This document shows, in pieces, positions 11,351 through 20,388 of a stretch of 64,000 nucleotides of DNA. Every line of letters begins with the position of its first letter. The first letter of the stretch is position 1. The notes beneath the pieces were generated by a model, which saw only the letters and a program-made list of their open reading frames with translations, ran no database searches and was not told the DNA's origin. The translations under genes were made by a program, and so were the position numbers. This DNA comes from an uncultured delta proteobacterium. GTDB taxonomy: Bacteria; Desulfobacterota; Binatia; UBA9968. The stretch lies in NCBI GenBank assembly GCA_963728565.1, contig CAVSLC010000020.1, positions 32,001-96,000 on the forward strand, in the 5' to 3' direction.

Positions 11351-12641
11351 CGATCTCGAACTTCAAAAGCAATGTCTCGCGCCACGCCCTCCACGAGGGA
11401 TACTGATTACTCCCGAGGAGGGATGGCTCTTACAACGAGAGAAACTTTTGGCTTGGCTCCGGGTGGCTTTCGCCATCGTTGCGGTAGTCGTCATACAGCT
11501 TAACCCTTCGCGCACGGCGCGCTTTCCGACGCTTTCAGTTTTTTCCCTGTGGTCCTTCTTAGCCTATAGCCTGTTTATTTTAGAGTTAGTTCGCCGGCAA
11601 AAGGTAGCCTCCAAGAAGATTGGGATCATTACCACTTGCTTTGATTCAATATGGATTTTTTTGATCGTGTTTTCCACCGGCGGTACCCGGACACCATTTT
11701 TTTTCTATTTCTCGTTCCCGATCCTTGCTGCGAGCCTACGCTGGGGAACCAAAGGAAGCGTCTTGGTCGCCTTGGTCGGGGTTACTCTCTATGGTTTGAT
11801 CCGCTTTAGTATGGCTGCGGAAAGCTTTGAGACGCCGATGGGCATCGACACCTTGCTCGTGCGCAGCTTATATCTCATTGTTCTGGCCTATATCTTCGGT
11901 TTTGTCAGCGAATTCGAGAAGAGGCAGAACCAAAGGCTGCTCGCGCTCTCCGACACAGCCGTCAAGGCTGCGGCAATCCAGGAGAGGCGCAGAATCACAT
12001 ACGAACTCCACGATGGCATTCTGCAATCTCTAGCGACGATCATCCTGAGACTTGAAAGCTGTCGCAGCCGGCTTATCGACTCTCAAAAGGACTTGCGCCA
12101 GGAAATCGAAGACATTGAAAATTTCACCAGAAATTCAATGACGGAAATCAGGAATTTTCTGGCCGGCAAAGAGACCCAGCCGTTAACGCCGGGAACGCTG
12201 ATAGAAAAGCTCCGAGACGAACTTAAGTTCCTGCAACAGAGCTTGGGATTGGAAGTAATCCTCGAGAGTAAACCGGATGACCCGAGCCTGCCGGATTACA
12301 TCGAGCGCGAAGTCTATTATGCCCTACGAGAAGCATTGACCAACGTCACCAAACACTCGCATGCCTCTCGGGTTGAGATTCAAATTACCCAGGCCCCGGA
12401 CCTGCTCGAGGCATCGCTCAAGGACAACGGTGTGGGATTTGATCAAGACAATCAGAAAAACCGCAGCCGACTGGGTTTGTCGGGCATGGGAGACAGAATA
12501 AAAAAGATCGGGGGACGACTAAACATAAAGTCATCCCCCGGTTTAGGGACTATGGTTATGTTAGCCATCCCCTTGGTTGAAACAAGAAAATCTATCCCAA
12601 TCGAAACATTGTCAGACAATCAAACGGGCGCGAACTCGTGA
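11304..12641 (+). CDS. Intramembrane-sensing HisKA_3 histidine kinase (start uncertain)
   Basis: About 5-6 TM helices, ERRRITYELHD H-box, REALTNVTKHS, DNGVGFD, LGLSGM. Confidence 0.92.
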   Translation: MRLTHPIGLEAVEAVNDLELQKQCLAPRPPRGILITPEEGWLLQREKLLAWLRVAFAIVAVVVIQLNPSRTARFPTLSVFSLWSFLAYSLFILELVRRQKVASKKIGIITTCFDSIWIFLIVFSTGGTRTPFFFYFSFPILAASLRWGTKGSVLVALVGVTLYGLIRFSMAAESFETPMGIDTLLVRSLYLIVLAYIFGFVSEFEKRQNQRLLALSDTAVKAAAIQERRRITYELHDGILQSLATIILRLESCRSRLIDSQKDLRQEIEDIENFTRNSMTEIRNFLAGKETQPLTPGTLIEKLRDELKFLQQSLGLEVILESKPDDPSLPDYIEREVYYALREALTNVTKHSHASRVEIQITQAPDLLEASLKDNGVGFDQDNQKNRSRLGLSGMGDRIKKIGGRLNIKSSPGLGTMVMLAIPLVETRKSIPIETLSDNQTGANS

Positions 12642-12700
12642 CTAACTTGGACTTGGGCAAGAGCTTATTCAAGCGAGTAACCAGCCATTTTTCTCGGTAC

Positions 12701-13066
12701 TTAATCGCCACCCTTCTTAACTACATATTCAATGCCGGTGAGATAGTTCTTGTCACCTTTTTTGGTGTATGCCACCGAAGCCGCCGAACCTAGGCCGATA
12801 TCCGCCATCTTCGCGGACTTCGGCACCAGCTGTGTAACCTTAGTCTTTTCGTTGAAGTCCACCGTCACCAACTTGCCGTCTTTGGTAACGACAATCATAT
12901 AGTTCTTCTCGGTATCCAATAGCCCGATATCGCCGGCAACCTTTTCCGCCTTGGCTTTTTCTGTCTTGCCTTTTTCTGCGTTCTTTTCCTGGGCCGCTAT
13001 GGGAGGCGCGACAAATAGCGCCATGAAAATTGCCCAACCAAACATGCTCTTCGATTCAAGTCTCAT
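12701..13066 (-). CDS. Secreted small protein, paralog C, C-terminal KGGD
   Basis: Signal peptide (IAA-QE), same domain as A; RBS gaggaggg upstream of ATG 13066. Confidence 0.85.
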   Translation of the reverse strand: MRLESKSMFGWAIFMALFVAPPIAAQEKNAEKGKTEKAKAEKVAGDIGLLDTEKNYMIVVTKDGKLVTVDFNEKTKVTQLVPKSAKMADIGLGSAASVAYTKKGDKNYLTGIEYVVKKGGD

Positions 13067-13100
13067 AAAATCCCTCCTCATTAGCTCGTTCACCTGATGA

Positions 13101-13535
13101 TTAATCGCCACCTTTGGCGGCTTTGAACTCGACTCCGCTGGCGATATTCTTGTCTTTCTGTTTTGTATACGTGACCGTCGCTGACGAGCCCAGACCTACA
13201 TCCGCGATCTTAGCCGGGGTTGGAGTCACTTGCGTCACTTTGGTTTTTTGATCGAAATCCAACGTGACCAGCTTGCCTTCTTTGGTCACGAGAATCAGAT
13301 AGTTCTTCTCGGTATCGATGAGGCCGATATCGCCTTTAGCTTTTTCGGCCTTAACTTTAGCCTCAGCCTTTGCCTCGGTCTTGGCTCCGGTTTCGGCCTT
13401 AGTTTCGGCTTTAGTTGCAGGTGTCGCGGGCGCTGCCGTGGGCTTACCTACCCGCTCTTCTTGAGTTGAACACGACGCCAAAGCTAGCAGCATAGCCCCG
13501 GCAATGACTCCAGTTCCCGGAAACGCACTTTTCAT
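13101..13535 (-). CDS. Lipoprotein, paralog D, C-terminal KGGD
   Basis: Lipobox LAS-C, same domain as B; RBS ggggagga. Confidence 0.87.
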   Translation of the reverse strand: MKSAFPGTGVIAGAMLLALASCSTQEERVGKPTAAPATPATKAETKAETGAKTEAKAEAKVKAEKAKGDIGLIDTEKNYLILVTKEGKLVTLDFDQKTKVTQVTPTPAKIADVGLGSSATVTYTKQKDKNIASGVEFKAAKGGD

Positions 13536-13555
13536 CTTTCTATCCTCCCCGTTTG

Positions 13556-13618
13556 TCAGACTAAAGTCGAAGTTAGTAAACCATTAGTCGTATACTTTAC
13601 GCCGTGATGCCTTGTCAA
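13556..13618 (-). promoter_or_regulatory. Promoter/operator region of the D-C cassette
   Basis: TCAGACTAAAGTCGAA box at 13556-13571; TTGACA on minus strand at 13618-13613. Confidence 0.55.
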
Positions 13619-13862
13619 GCGATTAAGATGAACTCAAAGGAATTTTCGCGACGTATGAACCGCGCCAGGCGCCGATCTGTGCTACGGCCGGAAATGGCGC
13701 CGGCTTACGTTTAAACCAGACGAATATAACGATGTCGATGGGCGATGAATGTTAAGTCGACAGTTTGACGACGGCACCGAAGTTTCCGCTTCTGGCGATC
13801 TGCTTTAAAGTTCGCTCATGAAACAATTAAAATGTGTGGCCGCCGGCATCTTTTTGAGACAC

Positions 13863-13899
13863 AAAAAAGGGGGGAGTCCATTCTGACTCCCCCCTTTTT
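13863..13899 (-). terminator. Intrinsic terminator of porin 1
   Basis: aaaaaaggggggagtc-cattct-gactccccccttttt hairpin just after the porin stop. Confidence 0.88.
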
Positions 13900-13921
13900 C
13901 GTTCGAGAGCGGTTACACGTC

Positions 13922-15449
13922 CTAGAACGTGTAGCGCCAGTTCAGAAACAGTGTATGCCAATCCCCGCCTTTGCCATTTCGGCATCCCGTAGCAGGGGTA
14001 ACATTCGGTGTATCGCAAACTCCGAGATTATGCGCTGCCTGGTTGGCCCCGTTGCGCAAGTTCGACGCATCGTACCAGAGCCAGTTGACACCAATGCTCA
14101 TGCGCGGCGCCAGAAAGTACCACAGATCCACCTCGCGCAGGAGTATCCGGTTGCGGTGGAATTGGTTCAGCATAGCATTTCCGCCCGCAGCCACGACGCT
14201 GGCGCAAGTGATCCCGGTGTTGCCGTTACAACCCACTTCCATATCAACCCGCTCGAAGTGGGTGCCGACGAGGATCGATCCCGGAGTGTTGGCAGAGCCT
14301 GTCAGAAAACCCTTGGGGCTCCACAGAAAAAGATCATGACCGATCAACCAACTGTCACCCTTCTTGCGGCCTGGCGTGCCGCCGCGATCTTCACTTCTCT
14401 GGCGATGAGCCATGGCGCGCAACGTATAGGGACCGATGTTCCAGATAAATCCTGGCGTAAGGGCGATATGAAGGCCATCACCAATGGAGTCGGCGCCGCT
14501 GTCAAACAAGGCCTGGCGACCGCCATCGCCATGATCCTGAATGCGGTAACGGGAGCAACCGTTATCTTGGGCGCGATTATCGGCATTACAGAACCATGCG
14601 CCCATTTCGAAAGCCAGTCCGCGGATCCACATGTTCTTGGTTTGCGAGAACGGCTGGAAATTGATGTAAGTATTGAAATCCTTGCGATCGGTAAAGCTGC
14701 TTAATCCGTCGTCACCCTCGGCAATATTTCCCATACCGATATTGAAACGGCTGATCCGGCCGGGAATGCCGATACCCGAAAGTGATCTGTCGTCCCAGAA
14801 TAACGAGATACCATTGCCGGTGCGGCCGGTATTGAAACCGTTGTTGCGCGTGTGCAGATCGTACTCAGCCTGCGAGCCCGTTGCGCTGGAACCCTGGCGC
14901 GCGGTGCTCATGCTGTTCTGCACTTCCATGCCCAGCTGCACCGTCGGCAAAAATGGATTCAGGTTTTCGAGATGGATGTTAAGAGCGCCGCGCTGCAGAA
15001 TCGAGCCGACACCCGTCGCCGTCGCGTTCTTCCCATTGCCGGTGCCGAAACCGTCTAGGTCGATAGTTGCCTCGAGCTCCCACAAGCAGTTGTTGATGCA
15101 GTAAAAGAACCCCGGCCGAAAACGGCGGCCCATGATCTCGCCGTTGGTGCGGCCGACTTGGTCCCGCCCTTCTTCGAAAAGCATCCGGTAAGTAAGTTTC
15201 CAATGTCGCGCGGAAAGACCATGACTTGTCCGCCGCTTCGATGTTGAGACCGTTACCCGGACGGTAGCTAAAACTCGGCATCGCCGCTGCCGCCTCAGTT
15301 GCCTCCTTCTTCAGCTCGATCTGCTGCTCTTTTAACTGCATCAGCTCTTGCTCAAGCGCCTGGATCTTTTGATCCACGTTTTGCGCAAGGGCCGGGGCAG
15401 CCAAAAGGAACGCAGATAGCATTCCCAATCCCAAAAACCTCTTCTTCAT
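13922..15449 (-). CDS. Outer-membrane beta-barrel porin 1 (OprO/P-like, Cys-rich; one apparent frameshift near 15190)
   Basis: Signal peptide plus coiled coil in ORF 14979-15449; barrel in ORF 13922-15184; C-terminal beta-signal FLNWRYTF; colinear with intact paralog at 22416. Confidence 0.85.
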
Positions 15450-15507
15450 TTTGCCTCCTTTTGCCTCCTGGTTATTTTTGGTACATCGTTAGTACTACTG
15501 ACCGCGT

Positions 15508-15558
15508 CTTTTAACTTACTCGCCAAAACCTGTCAAGCCTAAAGTTGTACTTTAGCCA
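15508..15558 (-). promoter_or_regulatory. sigma70-type promoter with abutting inverted-repeat operator (porin 1)
   Basis: Minus strand CTAAAGTacaACTTTAGGC-TTGACA-N17-TAAAAG. Confidence 0.7.
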
Positions 15559-15787
15559 AAGGCTGCAGGTAAGTGATTAAGACATAGGTAGTTAATTGAC
15601 CGGTTGTGCGGCCGCGATAGCGGCTTGGAGTGAGGCGAAAGGTTTAGATATAGAGTCCTTTGCGTTGAGGCACCCGCCGAACAACCGATGCGAGGAAAGA
15701 AGAGGATCATGCTGGCACATGGTTATTGAACATCTATTAATTCAAGCGCGTTGAGATTTCGCTATCTGCCGGTTAGAGTCGGCTAGT

Positions 15788-16549
15788 ATGCTGGCGAAAA
15801 GAATCATCCCATGCTTGGATGTTAAGGAAGGAAGAGTTGTCAAAGGCGTGAACTTTTTGGAACTTCGCGACGCCGGCGATCCGGTTGAGATTGCCCGCCA
15901 GTATGACAAAGAAGGAGCCGATGAACTTTGTTTTCTCGATATAACGGCGTCGCATCAACAGCGAAGAATCATTCTCGATGTCGTCGCCCACACTGCCGAA
16001 CAGGTTTTCATGCCTCTCACCGTTGGCGGTGGAATCAACACCCTGGAAGATATTCGCAATTTGCTACATGCCGGCGCCGATAAAGTTTCGATCAACACGG
16101 GAGCGGTCAATCGTCCGGAATTTGTTCGAGAGGCGGCGGAAGTATTCGGCAGCCAGTGCATCGTCGTTGCCATTGATGCCAAGCGGGTTGATGATCATTG
16201 GGAGGTCTTCACTCATGGCGGAAGGAATCCCACAGGATTGGATGCCGGTGAGTGGGCCGAGCGGATGGAAAAATTCGGCGCAGGAGAGATTCTTCTTACC
16301 AGCATGGACCGCGACGGCACCAAAGCCGGTTACGATCTTGGCTTGACCCGGACGATTTCAGACCGTCTGTCGATTCCCGTGATCGCCTCGGGCGGCGTGG
16401 GAAACTTGGATCACATCTACCAGGGATTTGCCGTGGGAAATGCCAGCGCAGCGCTGGCCGCTTCTATCTTTCACTACCGCGAATACTCAGTAATAGAATG
16501 TAAAAATTATCTGCACGACCGCGGCATTCCCGTACGGCTGCCCAATTAA
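15788..16549 (+). CDS. hisF: Imidazole glycerol phosphate synthase cyclase subunit
   Basis: [47 protein letters not shown]. Confidence 0.98.
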   Translation: MLAKRIIPCLDVKEGRVVKGVNFLELRDAGDPVEIARQYDKEGADELCFLDITASHQQRRIILDVVAHTAEQVFMPLTVGGGINTLEDIRNLLHAGADKVSINTGAVNRPEFVREAAEVFGSQCIVVAIDAKRVDDHWEVFTHGGRNPTGLDAGEWAERMEKFGAGEILLTSMDRDGTKAGYDLGLTRTISDRLSIPVIASGGVGNLDHIYQGFAVGNASAALAASIFHYREYSVIECKNYLHDRGIPVRLPN

Positions 16550-16619
16550 TCAAACGATAAACAAGATACTTGACTCACCTAAGCTGCTATGACGGCCGGC
16601 CTGACAGGGGAACCTAGGT

Positions 16620-16810
16620 TCAATGTCTTTTCGCATTCTTGGATTCTTCTCGGGGATTCCCAATGGCGGAGCGTCGATCGAGGATCTCTCTCGCCGTTGG
16701 CGGGGGAAGTTCTGCATCATCTTTCATGCATCTGGCGCATCCCGACCAAACACCAGAAGTACTAAGCGGCAATAGAAATAGTCCAGCGAGTATTTTTTTT
16801 CTGATGCTTT
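16620..16810 (-). pseudogene. Degraded SHOCT-domain small membrane protein remnant
   Basis: Minus-strand translation contains PTAREILDRRSAIG..REE and, after indels, RKDI, resembling the SHOCT pattern AxEILxxRYAxGEIxxEEYxxMKxDI. Confidence 0.45.
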
Positions 16811-17008
16811 CTTCTCCGATACTTATTTACATCACGTTTGTCTCAAGCTCGTTGCGGGGAACGGCAAGCAGTCGCTTGTCAGATCCTCGAAGCCGTCAAA
16901 CCGTGATCGCGGATCAATTTTTGGGCGGTTTTGCCATTGTAGTTCTGATCCACATCGCAGCAAGCCACTCATCAAGAGAGATTAGGTACTGGGGCGATAG
17001 ATATGTTG

Positions 17009-17380
17009 CTAGTTCAGGCCAAAAATGAAATAGCCAATTATGACGATCCCAAACACTGCTACGAGCACATTAGTATACGCTCCTATGTTGACCCAGTAGC
17101 CCTCTGGAATTTCGACCGGCTTGAGAGTCTTAAGGACACTTCGGTACTGAAGCACGGAAAGCACGGCCACCACGACACCAAAAAGAATGAAAGAAGCGCC
17201 TACCCAGAATGATCCGTTCCGCCGCGCATGATCGCCTTGAGCTAAAAGGAACATGTGCAGAAAAAGCCCGAATCGCTCTATGGCAAATCCGAACGCCATT
17301 AACGCAACCGCCGTACGCGTCCAGGCCATTAGCGTTCGTTCAGCGGCGAAGAACACTCTCGGGTCATTTAAGTCGGACAT
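17009..17380 (-). CDS. DUF202 (YidH-like) inner membrane protein
   Basis: DPRVFFAAERTLMAWTRT signature, 3 TMs. Confidence 0.92.
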   Translation of the reverse strand: MSDLNDPRVFFAAERTLMAWTRTAVALMAFGFAIERFGLFLHMFLLAQGDHARRNGSFWVGASFILFGVVVAVLSVLQYRSVLKTLKPVEIPEGYWVNIGAYTNVLVAVFGIVIIGYFIFGLN

Positions 17381-17403
17381 AATCTCGCATTTTATACCGC
17401 TTT

Positions 17404-18597
17404 TTAAAAAAGCATTTTTTTTCTCGGCGGGTCAAAAAAAGGCGGTTTGACTGTAGAAACTCTCACCTTTTTTCGCTCGTGCTCCACCGTCGTTTCCATC
17501 TGGAGCATGGTTCCGGGCTTTGCGTGTTCGCTCTTGATGGTGGCCAAGGCGATGTATTTTTTCACACTCGGCGACCACGCGCCTGTTGTCGCTTGTCCGA
17601 CCTGAAGATCGCCCTTGTAAAGCGGAATACCGCCTCTCCAAGCGGCTGCTGGGACATGCGGCGGAAGTCCCACCTTCTGATAGAGATTTTCGTAATCGCG
17701 CCAATCGACCTCTACTCCGGTAATCTGACGTGGCGCATCCTTGCCGTCCGAATGACGCAGCTGCTTGCTACCGACGAAAAAATCCTTCGCAAGATCCACC
17801 GTCCAGCCTAACCCAATCTCGAACGGAGAGTACTTCTGCGACTCAATCAGCGCCTTTTCCGCGCCGACATAGTCGACCTCGAGTAAAATGAAACCCGCTT
17901 CGAGACGAGCGACGTCGAGCGCAAGCATTCCCGCTGCTTTAAGGCCGTATGGCTTCCCCTTATCGGTGAGGACGTCCCATACACGCTCTGCATCAGCGGC
18001 AGGCAGCCATATTTCATATCCAAGGTCACCGGTGTAACCGGTGCGGGAAATGGTGACTGGAACTCCGGCGAAATCGGCTGGCGTTAAGCGGAAAAACTTT
18101 AACTTAGCCAAATCGGCATCGACAATCTCGGTTAAAATTTTCAAGGCATTGGGTCCCTGCAACGCAAGCGCCGCTATCCGCTCCGATACCTCTTCGATCG
18201 AGACCGACATCCCGCCGGCGTTGAGCTTCAGCCAACGCAGAGCCGGGTCGGCCAAGTGAAAACGAAACTGATCCTCACCCAACCGAAACACCGTGCCGTC
18301 CTGGATGACCTTCCCTTCGCCGTCACACAAGCAACCATAAACGGCCTGCCCTACGGCGCATTTGGCAACGTCTCGCGTGATCACCCGATTGACCAGCCGC
18401 AATGCATCTTTGCCCCGGACTTCGTATTTGAACAGCGGTGAGATATCTATCAGTCCAGCGGTGTTTCGTATCGCGTGATATTCGTAATCGTGCACCACAT
18501 CGTACGAGCTGGCCGCGAAGTATCCCGACCAGGTGCGCCAATTCTGACTGATGCAGAGCGCGGACGTCCGTGAGTGGAAAGCAGTTCCAATGGGCAT
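17404..18597 (-). CDS. GcvT-family folate-binding aminomethyltransferase-like protein
   Basis: EYHAIRNTAGLIDISPL, SRTGYTGDLGYE, ARLEAG, PFFDP; no gcvP/H nearby. Confidence 0.9.
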   Translation of the reverse strand: MPIGTAFHSRTSALCISQNWRTWSGYFAASSYDVVHDYEYHAIRNTAGLIDISPLFKYEVRGKDALRLVNRVITRDVAKCAVGQAVYGCLCDGEGKVIQDGTVFRLGEDQFRFHLADPALRWLKLNAGGMSVSIEEVSERIAALALQGPNALKILTEIVDADLAKLKFFRLTPADFAGVPVTISRTGYTGDLGYEIWLPAADAERVWDVLTDKGKPYGLKAAGMLALDVARLEAGFILLEVDYVGAEKALIESQKYSPFEIGLGWTVDLAKDFFVGSKQLRHSDGKDAPRQITGVEVDWRDYENLYQKVGLPPHVPAAAWRGGIPLYKGDLQVGQATTGAWSPSVKKYIALATIKSEHAKPGTMLQMETTVEHERKKVRVSTVKPPFFDPPRKKMLF

Positions 18598-18791
18598 GGG
18601 ATGGAGGGACAGGTAATTGCGGCCGAGCAGGATAGTCGCTGATACGATCGCGCTTAACTCCGGGTGTGGTTAATCCAATCTGATCGATGTTACTTCGCCG
18701 ACTGCTCCGTCTCCAAGGCCTGTGAATTAAGTCGGCTCGTTGACTTCGTAGAGAAATTACCAAATATGTTCGTTTAAGCAAATCAATTAAA

Positions 18792-20382
18792 ATGACGACT
18801 TACGATGCGATTATCATTGGCGGCGGCCATAACGGTCTTGCTGCGGCCGCTTATCTTGCCAAAGCCGGAAAAAAAGTCCTGGTCTTGGAGCGCCGGCATG
18901 TCCTGGGTGGAGCCGCGGTTACCGAAGAACTCTATCCCGGTTTCAAATATTCCGTCTGTTCCTACGTAGTAAGCCTATTGCGGCCGGAGGTGATCCAGGA
19001 GCTCGAGCTGCCCAGATATGATCTCGAGATCATTCCTCTGGATAGCACGTTTACGCCGATGCCCAACGGCGACTATCTAGCCCGCTGGGGCGATCATGCC
19101 AGAACGCGTCGTGAGATCGCGCGTCATTCCGCCATCGATGCGGAAGCCTACGAAGAGTACGGCAAGCTCATGGTGCAGATGGCCATGGCGATCAAACCGA
19201 TGCTTGGCCTGATTCCTCCCGAGCCGACTTCGTGGAATCCGAAAGAGCTTTATGGACTCGCATCGCTGGGCAATCGTTTTCGCCGGCTCGGTGACAAACT
19301 AGTCTATGACCTGGCAAAGCTCATGACCATGAGCTCCGCCGATTTTCTCGACGAGTGGTTTGAGACCGAAGTGCTCAAGGCCACCATGTCCGCCAGCGGC
19401 ATCATCGGCACTTTCATGGGGCCAAGATCACCGGGCACGGCCTACGTACTGCTGCACCACTACATGGGTGAGCTCGACGGCGCGTTTCGATCCTGGGGTT
19501 TTGCCCGCGGCGGCACGGGTTCAATCAGCCGGGTGATCGCCGAGGCGGCGCGTCACTATGGCGCGGATATCAGAACTCAGGCTGCCGTCGATCAAGTGCT
19601 GATTAAAAACGGCCGAGCGGTCGGCGTAGCGCTCAGCACAGGCGAGGAGATCAAAGCTGCCGGTAATTGTCTCCAGCGTCGATCCCAAACGAACTTTCTT
19701 GAAGATGATCGATTCCGGTCATCTGGAGACAGAGTTTTTAACCAAGATAAACCAGTTTAAAATTCGCGGCTCATCGGCAAAGGTCAATCTCTCGCTTGAT
19801 GCGCTGCCAAATTTCACCAGCCTCCCTGGTGAAGGACCGCATCTGTCGGGCGCGATCTCGATCAGCCCCAGTATCGAGTACATCGAGCGCGCCTACGATG
19901 ATGCTAAGTACGGCGACTACTCACGACGTCCCTATATGGACATCATTATTCCGTCGACTCTGGATCCTTCGATGGCGCCGCCGGGTAAGCATGTCATGTC
20001 CGTGTTCGTGCAGTATGCCCCTTATCATTTAAAGAGTGGGACCTGGGCCGAGAAGCGCGAGCAATTCGGCGATACGGTGATAGACACGATTAGCGAATAC
20101 GCTCCCAATTTCAAAAATATCATCTTGCATCGCCAAATCGTCACGCCCTGGGATCTTGAAGAGGAATTCGGCCTCACCGAAGGAAACATCTTTCAGGGCG
20201 AGCTAACCCTCGACCAACTTTTCTTTCTAAGGCCGGTACCGGGTTGGAGCAAATACCGAACGCCGATTAAGAATCTTTACATGTGCGGCGCCTGTACGCA
20301 TCCGGGTGGAGGAGTGATGGCCGCATCGGGCCGCTTGGCAGCGCTGGAGATCTTAAAAGATGTAAAAAGGAGCTTCATCTAA
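18792..20382 (+). CDS. Phytoene-dehydrogenase-like FAD oxidoreductase 1 (apparent frameshift near 19660)
   Basis: IIGGGHNGL, ERRHVLGGAA, GNIFQG, LYMCGACTHPGGGV across two ORFs. Confidence 0.88.
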
Positions 20383-20388
20383 ACCGCT

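Noticed and set aside
9489-13535. KGGD proteins as true Pup/ubiquitin-like modifiers
   Set aside because: They have export signals and a folded beta domain, and no ligase or proteasome genes are in the window.
13832-14704. Long plus-strand ORFs opposite the porins (also 22386-22901) that resemble each other
   Set aside because: Antisense shadows; their similarity follows from porin paralogy.
16639-17028. ORFs 16639-17028, 21990-22370, 39631-40029, 56989-57459 and the 5' extension of 29419
   Set aside because: No recognisable motifs or convincing RBS; they overlap real genes or repeats, or lie in intergenic DNA.
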